Assembly: GCA_964577095.1 (NCBI GenBank)
Contig: CAZNXX010000004.1
Location: 1 to 45,276, forward strand
From: an uncultured bacterium
GTDB taxonomy: Bacteria; Zhuqueibacterota; QNDG01; DTFT01
Length of the DNA: 45,276 nucleotides
Direction: 5' to 3'
The notes beneath the pieces were generated by a model, which worked only from the letters and a program-made list of their open reading frames with translations, was not told where the DNA came from and ran no database searches. The translations under genes were made by a program, and so were the position numbers. This document shows positions 32,620 to 40,562 of this stretch, piece by piece; positions within the stretch are counted from its first letter, which is position 1; the number at the start of each line of letters is the position of its first letter.

Positions 32620-33423
32620 TTACCGCTTATAATGCGTCAAAGCCTCTTTCATTTCAGACTTCAGCTTGCGGATGCGGCTCTCATCGGAAGGATGTGTGCT
32701 CAGGAACTCAAGCGACTGATTATTGGCGCTTTGAGACATGCGTTGCCAGAAATCGATTGCGCCGTTCGGGTCGTACCCCGCCATGGCCATGAAAATCAGT
32801 CCGAGATGATCGGCTTCACCCTCCTGCATCCTGCTGTATGGCAGCATGGCTCCGATCTGGACTCCGGCGCCGAAAAGGGACATCCAGATGTCCTGTGTCT
32901 GTTTGGGTTTCTGCCGGAGCGCTGCGGCAAGGGTTTGGCCGCCCAAGTCGGCAATCAGCGCCTGACTCATCCGCTCGTTGCTGTGCTTGGCCACGGCATG
33001 GGCGATCTCGTGGCCCATCACGACCGCCAGTCCGTTTTCATTTCGGGTGACAGGAAGAATTCCGGAGTAGACCACGACTTTTCCACCCGGCATGCACCAG
33101 GCGTTGACCTCCTTGTTCTCGATCAGGTTGAATTCCCAGGCGAACCCGTTCAGATCCTGCGACCAATTTTTCCCGGCAAAATAGTCCGTCACCGCGTTCT
33201 GGATCTTCCTTCCGACTCCCTTGACCTGATTGGCCTGGGCCGTGTTGTCGCTCAACCGGTTCTCCTTCATGAACTGGTCATACTGGACAAAGCTCGTGGA
33301 GAGCATGTCGGTGTCCGAAACCAGGGAGAGCTGACGTCTTCCGGTGAGCGGAACCAGACTGCAGGCCGCAGACAGAAGCGCGGCCACGATCAGGTGAAAG
33401 AATCCCGTTTTGATCTTTTTCAT
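32620..33423 (-). CDS. M48-family zinc metallopeptidase (LoiP/YggG-like), lipoprotein or secreted
   Basis: HEIAH zinc motif with downstream EGEADHLG, and N-terminal LLSAAC lipobox-like signal. Confidence 0.9.
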   Translation of the reverse strand: MKKIKTGFFHLIVAALLSAACSLVPLTGRRQLSLVSDTDMLSTSFVQYDQFMKENRLSDNTAQANQVKGVGRKIQNAVTDYFAGKNWSQDLNGFAWEFNLIENKEVNAWCMPGGKVVVYSGILPVTRNENGLAVVMGHEIAHAVAKHSNERMSQALIADLGGQTLAAALRQKPKQTQDIWMSLFGAGVQIGAMLPYSRMQEGEADHLGLIFMAMAGYDPNGAIDFWQRMSQSANNQSLEFLSTHPSDESRIRKLKSEMKEALTHYKR

Positions 33424-33465
33424 GAGTCACATCCCTTCATGCGCTTGACCGTTCTGATTTTTCTT

Positions 33466-34674
33466 CTATATTGAAAAGCCCACCTGGGCATTCAACAATA
33501 ACCTTGACTTTTTCTGGATGGGGAAAAATGGCGTCATTTCGAGACCGGCGTTGGCTTTCATGCCGAAGGGTATTCCGAATCCCTGGATGACCCCGACCAA
33601 ATCGAGCAGGATCGACACGGCAAAACCGCCCTGCCCCACTCCTACATCGATCGGTGAATTCACGCCGAATGTCCCGAGCCCCAGATTGACGGGGAATCGA
33701 TGTCCGGACACCGCATTGACATAATAAAACCGGATCATGGCGCTGGACTTGCCGTATTGAATCGTATCTTCGGACTGTGTGTCGTACAAAACCTTGGGGA
33801 TGGCCAGCGCGAAACGCGTGACGATTTTCGGCCCCTTCACGCGATAATAGCACGTAAACGAATTGAGCCGGTCGTAGGCGCCGATTTTAATGGTATAATC
33901 GGGCTTGACATGGACCTTGACGATGGTCCAGCTCGGAAGTGAATCCAGCTGTAAATGCACCTGCTCCAGCTCCTCCGGCAGAATCGCGGCATATCCGCCG
34001 TATGCGGTGCGGTACTGCGCGAACATGACGCGATCCCGATTGGGATCCCCGCAGCTTCGGAACGTCAGAACACGCCGTTCGAACGTATACAAGACTTTTT
34101 CTTCCCGTGTCATCACCGTCGTCTGAATCGTGACGAATTGCGGCCCCATATTGGGCCGTATGGCGTCCCGGTCAAAGATCACTCGAAGCTTCCGTATTCT
34201 TTCGCGGTTCAGAGTGACGGCGGTCCGCGCCCGGTCACTGCCGCTGTCCGGACCCAAACGCACATATTCTTCAACCTGTTCCACGCCCTGGATCTCTTCG
34301 ACGTTCACGAAGCTGTTTGTTTTATAAAAGAAAAACTGGCCTATGGAATCCACGACCTGCACGAAAACCCTGTATGATTCCGGGGTCACCGATGGAGGGA
34401 TAACCGCCGTGTAAATATGCTCACCGATGGGCATGAACTTCATTCCCTCCATGGTCAGCATGGGGGTCACTTTCACGGACGACGTGCTGTCCATGAGACT
34501 GATGGACAGCCGAATGGTGTCTCCGAAAAAGTAGACCCGTTTATCGACCGAGACGGCGATGCTGACATCCTCGAGGGAGGGCCAGGTCACTGTGGAAGAA
34601 TTGGATTGAGACTGAGCGGGCCGTCCGCCGATCAGGACGACGCATATCATTATTTTACATTGCTTTAGGGTCAT
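33466..34674 (-). CDS. Secreted hypothetical protein (402 aa)
   Basis: N-terminal hydrophobic signal, beta-rich composition, Gly-rich C-terminal third. No family recognised and the start codon context is weak. Confidence 0.6.
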   Translation of the reverse strand: MTLKQCKIMICVVLIGGRPAQSQSNSSTVTWPSLEDVSIAVSVDKRVYFFGDTIRLSISLMDSTSSVKVTPMLTMEGMKFMPIGEHIYTAVIPPSVTPESYRVFVQVVDSIGQFFFYKTNSFVNVEEIQGVEQVEEYVRLGPDSGSDRARTAVTLNRERIRKLRVIFDRDAIRPNMGPQFVTIQTTVMTREEKVLYTFERRVLTFRSCGDPNRDRVMFAQYRTAYGGYAAILPEELEQVHLQLDSLPSWTIVKVHVKPDYTIKIGAYDRLNSFTCYYRVKGPKIVTRFALAIPKVLYDTQSEDTIQYGKSSAMIRFYYVNAVSGHRFPVNLGLGTFGVNSPIDVGVGQGGFAVSILLDLVGVIQGFGIPFGMKANAGLEMTPFFPIQKKSRLLLNAQVGFSI

Positions 34675-34776
34675 TCCTAACTCGTCATCCGACAGCTACA
34701 ACCGACTGCGATCGCATCCGATGAGTTCCTCCATCAGCGTTCGAACGGTTTCCCGGCCTGAATCGGGAGATTCGGA

Positions 34777-35898
34777 TCACTTCGAAAGCCTGCTGCATTC
34801 CCATCCGGAGTGAGCGCGCTTGTTCTTGAAGCGTCCGAATTGTGCCGGCCGGTAGAACACACGCACTCCATCGTTTATTCCCGGCCTTACAAAAGCGGTG
34901 TCTTCGGCGCAATCATAATGGACGACGATCGCCGGTTTTTCGCCTGGCAAAGATTTCATGGGATCATCGAAGAGAGGGTCGACGGTCTGCAAATATCCAC
35001 GGACACGATCCACATCGTACACCGCCACCGCAATCGATGTCTGGATATTCTCCTTCAGCTTCTTGAATGACTGTTCTGCGTATTTCTCGGCAAAAGCCCT
35101 GATATCTCCGTCACCCAGACCGATCTCCAGCCGTTCCAATGATTGGAGATTGAAATAGGAGAGGTGAAGATTTTCCGGGGAGGCGACAATGGTTCTCGCG
35201 GAGGGAGCCAGCGTTTTGATCGTATGAGGAGAGCCGTTGTAACACGTGGAAAGAACCATCAGATCGATCTTCGAGGTGTCACCGATCATCGATTTTAAAT
35301 CGTCGGCGAAGTCCCGGACGGTGAAGGATCGATCAGGGTACGATGCGTGATATCCGATGCCGCCATTTTCAGGAATTTCATGACCGAAGTACAGAAACAA
35401 TCGGATCGATGACGCATCCGGATGCGTTTGATACCTGCGATATTTCAACGCGTGCGGATTCACTTGGGCCGACCCTGGATCGCGCCGGTACGACTCTTCG
35501 GCGATTTTCCTTCCGTGACTGAAATAATAGAATGTTCCGTCACGGAGCGGAAACAGGAACAAGAAATGCCTCTTGGGTTTCTCATGGAAAATGAAAACTT
35601 CGGCTTCCGGATTTCGATACGCCACCTGAATGGCGCCGGCGAGCGCCTCCTCATCCGCCTGAACCGCATGGCCGGATTGAGTGTGATAGAAATAATTTCC
35701 GTCGCCGTGAATCATAAATATCATTGAAAAACGATGGGCTTTCGGATGATCAAACCGGTCTGGTTGGTCCCGGTTCATGTATGAAACGGAACCGCACGAG
35801 AACTGAAAGAATACGAGTACCACGCAACCGAGCACCCCCAAGAGCGTTCTGAAGGGTTGCGTGGTACTCACCGGACATCGTTGATGCATAACCGTCAT
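34777..35898 (-). CDS. Clostripain-like (C11/caspase-fold) cysteine peptidase, probable lipoprotein
   Basis: FMIHGDGNY (His-Gly) and DLMVLSTCYNG (Cys) are spaced like the C11 catalytic dyad. N-terminal FQFSCGS lipobox-like sequence. The call is inferred from motifs only. Confidence 0.55.
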   Translation of the reverse strand: MTVMHQRCPVSTTQPFRTLLGVLGCVVLVFFQFSCGSVSYMNRDQPDRFDHPKAHRFSMIFMIHGDGNYFYHTQSGHAVQADEEALAGAIQVAYRNPEAEVFIFHEKPKRHFLFLFPLRDGTFYYFSHGRKIAEESYRRDPGSAQVNPHALKYRRYQTHPDASSIRLFLYFGHEIPENGGIGYHASYPDRSFTVRDFADDLKSMIGDTSKIDLMVLSTCYNGSPHTIKTLAPSARTIVASPENLHLSYFNLQSLERLEIGLGDGDIRAFAEKYAEQSFKKLKENIQTSIAVAVYDVDRVRGYLQTVDPLFDDPMKSLPGEKPAIVVHYDCAEDTAFVRPGINDGVRVFYRPAQFGRFKNKRAHSGWECSRLSK

Positions 35899-35938
35899 CC
35901 CTTGAAAACCGGCCTCCGGCCATCCGGCCGGGCTCGGG

Positions 35939-36373
35939 TCAGAGGATCAGAATCAGAATAATGACGATCAGGAGAGCCGAGACAAGGCTGATGGTGACGG
36001 ATTGATAGGCCTGCTCCATGTCCTGAACAACATAATCGGAGAAGGCGTTGAGCTGGGCATCGGCAACGCGCTCGAACCCGTTCGTGCCCGTGAGTTCATC
36101 CTGCTTTTCCTGGAGAGCGGTCCTGATCCTGCTGATACCGTCGCGGTCGTCCTTCGAAACCAGGCCTGAGCTTTCAACCCGGTCGAGGGCCCTGGACATG
36201 GTCTGCAAGGAGTGGTCCATGATATCTCGTTTCTGCGCCGGGTCGGCTGTTATCTTGACCCTCCGTGCGGTGTCGTTGAAGACCTTCTGGATGCCTTCTC
36301 TTCCTTCAGCCCATCCGGCCTGAACTGCGACGAAGGACATCGCGAGAACCGTCATGATCGTTTTTGCTTTCAT
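35939..36373 (-). CDS. Hypothetical exported helical protein with a C-terminal TM anchor
   Basis: Signal peptide (AVQAGWA), helical body, terminal LVSALLIVIILILIL. CCGGAGG upstream. Confidence 0.65.
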   Translation of the reverse strand: MKAKTIMTVLAMSFVAVQAGWAEGREGIQKVFNDTARRVKITADPAQKRDIMDHSLQTMSRALDRVESSGLVSKDDRDGISRIRTALQEKQDELTGTNGFERVADAQLNAFSDYVVQDMEQAYQSVTISLVSALLIVIILILIL

Positions 36374-36446
36374 ACGGATTGCCTCCGGTTTCTGTTGAAT
36401 GAGTGATGATTGACAGGATACGATCTTATTCGAACCGTCGGGTGTT

Positions 36447-36647
36447 TCAGGACCGTGAGCCGCCGATACGAATCCCGGATATTGATTGCAACACGCCGAA
36501 ACCGTTTAACAGCCAGAGAACGACCGCAATGACGACGACAGCATTCAATATCGATTTGATTTTATGGTCCATCGGTATGAAGTGGCTGATCAGCCACAAG
36601 AGGACACCGACCACGATCAGGGTGATGACGACATTGATTAACGGCAA
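36447..36647 (-). CDS. Thivi_2564-family small membrane protein
   Basis: 66 aa. PLINVVITLIVVGVLLWLISHFIPMDHKIKSILNAVVVIAVVLWLL matches my recollection of this family. TTG start with AAGGGAG 6 nt upstream. Confidence 0.72.
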   Translation of the reverse strand: MPLINVVITLIVVGVLLWLISHFIPMDHKIKSILNAVVVIAVVLWLLNGFGVLQSISGIRIGGSRS

Positions 36648-36739
36648 TGGATACTCCCTTCGCTTTTCGGATGATCAATTGATTCAAGCGGAGCGCGTGA
36701 TCAGACCGATCCACCCTTCGAATCGGGCTCAGAAACGAA

Positions 36740-37420
36740 TCAATTGAGGGTGCCGTTCTCCGCCGCTTTCTTGAGCTTATCACTCGCGAAAATGGCGACT
36801 TCGACGCGCCTGTTCTGTTCACGGCCCAAATCCGTGTCATTGGATGAAACCGGGTTCAGCTCGCCGAGTCCGACCGTTGAAATCCTTGAACCGTCGACTT
36901 TCAGGCTCCTTTGATAACTGGCAACGGCCTGCGCACGGCGTTCGGACAGACTCTGGTTGTACGCTTCCGATCCCGTATTGTCCGTGTCTCCTTCAATCAG
37001 GATGTTCGTGTCCGGATATTTATTGAGGATCCTGGCCAGACTCTCAATGTTCGTCTTCGCCGCAGGCTGCAATTCGGAGGAGTCAATATCGAACAGGATT
37101 CCGGAATCGAACGTGATCTTGATCCCCTCGCCGACCCGCTCGATTTTCGCGTTCTCGATGTCTTTCCGCATTTCATCCGCCTGCCTGTCCATGTGACGGC
37201 CGATGAGTCCCCCTGCCGTTCCGCCAACAGCCGCGCCGATGATGGCGCCGATGGCCGTGTTTCCCAGCTGGTGTCCGATGACGGCTCCCGCGGCTCCGCC
37301 GACCCCTGCTCCGATGCCGCCGCCCTTCAATGCATTACTGGCGCCGCATCCCAACAGGAGAACCGTTGAAATACAAAGGCCCACCACTCCGACAAGTCTT
37401 TTTTGTTCTTTTTTCATCAT
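36740..37420 (-). CDS. OmpA-family lipoprotein with an N-terminal glycine-zipper region
   Basis: Lipobox LLLGC, a GGGIGAGVGGAAGAVIG...GAIIGAAVGG glycine zipper, and a C-terminal OmpA_C domain (TDNTGSEAYNQSLSERRAQAV, NRRVEV). Confidence 0.9.
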   Translation of the reverse strand: MMKKEQKRLVGVVGLCISTVLLLGCGASNALKGGGIGAGVGGAAGAVIGHQLGNTAIGAIIGAAVGGTAGGLIGRHMDRQADEMRKDIENAKIERVGEGIKITFDSGILFDIDSSELQPAAKTNIESLARILNKYPDTNILIEGDTDNTGSEAYNQSLSERRAQAVASYQRSLKVDGSRISTVGLGELNPVSSNDTDLGREQNRRVEVAIFASDKLKKAAENGTLN

Positions 37421-37608
37421 GCACCTCTTTTGAGATTATGAATGAAACATTTTCAGGACAAATCATCTCTCGCAGGTTCTGTATCGATCAAACGAATGAG
37501 CCACCCCGCGGGCCATGCCGATTCCGGATGACTCGGGGTAAAACACACGCGAGGAATCATGGATTGTGGCGCTTCATTTCTTCCAACACTCGATTGTGGC
37601 CCGTCCGC

Positions 37609-39078
37609 CTATTGTTGCACATAGAATTCGATTCGCCGGTTATCCGTCCGGCCCTCCTCCGTGTTATTGTCGGCAATGGGCTCCATCTCGCCCTTGCCGA
37701 ACGATCGCATGCGATGGGACCGGATGCCCCTCTGCTCCAGCCAGTTCTGGACCGCCTGCGCACGTCGCAGCGACAGGTCCTGATTGTATTCGTCGCTCCC
37801 GACGTTGTCCGTATGACCGGATATTTCGATCCACACATCGGGCCGGGCAATCAGCGCCTGATAAGCGAGCTCCAAAATGTCCCTTGAATCAGCCGTCAGA
37901 ATGGACTGATCAAAGTCGAAATTGACGCCTCTCAGAATGATTTTTTTCCCCGGATCGAGGAGGATTGTCTTGATTCCCTTCGAAATGTCATCCTTCCAAT
38001 CGAGCGGATTGGTTCCCCTTTTGACTTCAGCGCCGTCGTTCACGCCGCCGTTATCCGTGTCGATTTTGATCGGATCGGTTTTCGACGTATTTGCCTCGTA
38101 ACCATCGTTCAAATCATCGCCATCCGTGTCCGCTTTCGCGGGATCGGTTTTGAACTGATTGACTTCATCGCCGTCGTTCAAGCCGTCTTTATCGGTATCC
38201 ACTCTCAATGGATTGGATTTATATCTGAATTCATTTCCATCGTTCAAGCCGTCTCCGTCTGTGTCCGTTCGAAGCGGATCCGTTTCAAATCGTTTGACTT
38301 CGGTGCCATCGAACAGACCATCGCCGTCGGAATCCGCTTTGAGGGGATTGGTCTGATACTGATTCACCTCGTCTCCGTCGCTCAATCCGTCCGCGTCGGT
38401 GTCCGCGTTATTGGGATCCGAACCGGTTTCTTTTTCCGCCGCATTGCTCAATCCGTCCCTGTCCGGATCGTCCGACCCGCCACCGGATGCGCCGACGGAT
38501 GCCCTCGTGAACATGAGCCCGATGACGAATCCGTAAAAACCGTCCTGCTTTTCATTGGTCAGCCGGTTCAGATTGGATTCCGAGCGTTCGCGGCCGTCCA
38601 GTTTGTCTCTCAGGGACAATGCGTATCCTCCGCTCACTTCCAGTATCATCTGGCTGTGAACCCGGGTCTGAAAACCGAGCCCTATGGGGATCATGGGTAA
38701 AAAGCTGGATCCGCTCCTGTCAACGGCTTTGGACACGCCGAAACCGGCGTATAAAAACGGGTTCAGTTTTTCAAGAGAGAATGGGATGAAAAGGAACCTG
38801 TTTTCAATCATGGCCGTTTCCGCGGAATAGACACCGGGAGCGTCGAGCCGGGTGTATCCGACTCCCAGTTGTCCCAGTAAACTGGGAGCCATCATCTGGT
38901 ATTGAAGAAATCCCCGGTATTGAGCGACCCATTTGTCGGAATTGCTGTTGTCTCCCATGGCTCCCCCGACGGCAATGCCCAATCCCTGGCTCGGATTCTT
39001 AAATCCGAATCCTGCTTTGGCAGGGTTCAAGCATAACAGGACAAGAAACACCGGCATAAACCGTAAAATCCATTTCAT
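37609..39078 (-). CDS. OmpA-family outer-membrane protein: beta-barrel, thrombospondin type-3 Ca-binding repeats and OmpA_C
   Basis: ATG 39078 (AAAGGAG upstream), signal peptide, about 8 DxDxDGxxDxxE repeats, and a C-terminal HTDNVGSDEYNQDLSLRRAQAV. Confidence 0.9.
   Translation of the reverse strand: MKWILRFMPVFLVLLCLNPAKAGFGFKNPSQGLGIAVGGAMGDNSNSDKWVAQYRGFLQYQMMAPSLLGQLGVGYTRLDAPGVYSAETAMIENRFLFIPFSLEKLNPFLYAGFGVSKAVDRSGSSFLPMIPIGLGFQTRVHSQMILEVSGGYALSLRDKLDGRERSESNLNRLTNEKQDGFYGFVIGLMFTRASVGASGGGSDDPDRDGLSNAAEKETGSDPNNADTDADGLSDGDEVNQYQTNPLKADSDGDGLFDGTEVKRFETDPLRTDTDGDGLNDGNEFRYKSNPLRVDTDKDGLNDGDEVNQFKTDPAKADTDGDDLNDGYEANTSKTDPIKIDTDNGGVNDGAEVKRGTNPLDWKDDISKGIKTILLDPGKKIILRGVNFDFDQSILTADSRDILELAYQALIARPDVWIEISGHTDNVGSDEYNQDLSLRRAQAVQNWLEQRGIRSHRMRSFGKGEMEPIADNNTEEGRTDNRRIEFYVQQ
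37998..38472 (-). repeat. Thrombospondin type-3-like repeat array (coding)
   Basis: Iterated D(T/S)D(G/K/A)DGL(N/S/F)DG(D/N/T)E units separated by xxxT(D/N)P(L/A)Kx, read from the translation. Boundaries are approximate. Confidence 0.8.
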
Positions 39079-39141
39079 CTGAATGCTCCTTTCAGTGAAT
39101 GTCTCATTTTCATTTCGATTTATTTTGACTCCCAATCATCT

Positions 39142-39154
39142 GAACCGCGTTGTT
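39142..39154 (-). promoter_or_regulatory. Motif variant (plus strand GAACCGCGTTGTT) upstream of the TSP3-OmpA gene
   Basis: Shares TGAACCGCGTT with 43370-43380. It lies 63 nt upstream of ATG 39078. Confidence 0.3.
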
Positions 39155-39330
39155 CGATTCGGGGGCGGGGAATAAGTGACCTCCCCCCTTATCTGGCGAT
39201 AGACCGGCAGTTTATGCGAAATGCGCGTTTTCCCTTATTCATGAATCCACATCAGTCTGCTTCAAGCCGTCACACCGCTACCCACCGGAGAATCCGTTTA
39301 TGCGGATTCCCCTTCTGTTTGTCGAGTCGG

Positions 39331-40446
39331 TTATTGAACAACGATTTCGAACAAAACTCGCATGTTGGCCTTTGCCGCTTTTGAATAGAGTTCCCTGGGC
39401 GCGGCTTCATGCTCAGCCGGTTTGGTTTCGCCATACCCGATCGTTGAAAGTCTGCCCGCCATAATAACGCCTTCATTCACCAGGAATTCTTCGACGGTAC
39501 GGGCCCTTCTTTCGCTCAATCTTTGATTGTAATCTTCAGTGCCGGAAGCGGAGGTATAGCCTGCAATCCTGATTTTGGATTCCGGGTTGTTCTTCAGAAT
39601 CTGGACGCTCTTTTTCAGGATCCGCTTCGCTTTTTCCGTGAGAGTCGACTGGTTGAAATCGAAATGCACATCCTCAAAGGCAAGAATAACCATTTTCGGC
39701 TTCGTCGCAAGAACCTTCACCGTCTCCTCCACCTGCGGTTCAGGCACATCTGACACGAGAACGACGACCTTCTCCTCTGTTCCCGGTTCTTCCATTTCAA
39801 CCCGTTCCGGCCGGTTTTTCGACTGACCGCCGAAGGCCAATACGATTCCCGCGGAAGCGTGGACATTGTGATACCCCTGCTTAAAAGGGAACACTTCGGT
39901 GACGAAATGATCCCTGAGGTCGAGCCTGAGTGCGAAATGTTCCGCAAGCCACAATTTGGCGCCCACTCCGAGATCAAAGGTGGACATGTCCTGATTCGAT
40001 ATTTTCGGACTGTAGCGGACGCCTCCCAGCCCGGCGACAATGAACGGGGTCAGCCGGCGGTCGGGCATAAAATGATAGACCGCGTCGATATGATAGAAGG
40101 TTAGGTCCACTTTATCCATCGGACTTCTGTACTGGCCTTCCTTGGCTCCCGTCCTGGCTTTATCCAAAACGCCGCTGTTGACCAGCTCCACGGTGCCTTC
40201 GATGCCGAAACGCTTCGTCAAATTCAAGCCGATTCGTCCGCCATAGACAGGACTGTTTTCGAGATTCTGTCTGTCTTCAAAAAAATGATAGCCTATAAAC
40301 GGACTCAATTCGACACTATGTGCCCGTATTCCCAGGAGACCGGATGATTCGGATCGGTCATCCATGCCGGATGCAACCGAAGGCAGGCCGGTCACCCACA
40401 GAACAGCCGAAGCTGTAATGAATAATGCCGTATTCAGTATTTTCAT
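39331..40446 (-). CDS. OmpA-family outer-membrane protein (N-terminal beta-barrel plus OmpA_C)
   Basis: Signal peptide, beta-barrel region, and C-terminal YTSASGTEDYNQRLSERRARTV. Three in-frame ATGs (40467, 40452, 40446), and the last has the best GAGGA spacing. Confidence 0.9.
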   Translation of the reverse strand: MKILNTALFITASAVLWVTGLPSVASGMDDRSESSGLLGIRAHSVELSPFIGYHFFEDRQNLENSPVYGGRIGLNLTKRFGIEGTVELVNSGVLDKARTGAKEGQYRSPMDKVDLTFYHIDAVYHFMPDRRLTPFIVAGLGGVRYSPKISNQDMSTFDLGVGAKLWLAEHFALRLDLRDHFVTEVFPFKQGYHNVHASAGIVLAFGGQSKNRPERVEMEEPGTEEKVVVLVSDVPEPQVEETVKVLATKPKMVILAFEDVHFDFNQSTLTEKAKRILKKSVQILKNNPESKIRIAGYTSASGTEDYNQRLSERRARTVEEFLVNEGVIMAGRLSTIGYGETKPAEHEAAPRELYSKAAKANMRVLFEIVVQ

Positions 40447-40497
40447 TTTCATTCCTCTTTCTTTCATTTCATTTCTTCATTCGGCATTTTCCCTCGA

Positions 40498-40525
40498 GGG
40501 AGACAGGCGGTTCCGCCTGTCTCCC
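40498..40525 (-). terminator. Perfect 12-bp GC-rich hairpin downstream of the ice-binding-like gene
   Basis: GGGAGACAGGCG-GTTC-CGCCTGTCTCCC. No U-tract, so it is a terminator or an RNA-stabilising stem. Confidence 0.5.
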
Positions 40526-40562
40526 TCAAATGGGACTGTTTTCACGATGAATCCCGCGACTT

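Noticed and set aside
39270-39476. Short minus-strand ORFs in intergenic gaps or overlapping gene ends (39270-39476, 30546-30773, 36562-36840, 34685-34912)
   Set aside because: They overlap the 3' or 5' ends of well-supported genes in another frame. They have no Shine-Dalgarno and give Arg-rich or otherwise implausible products.
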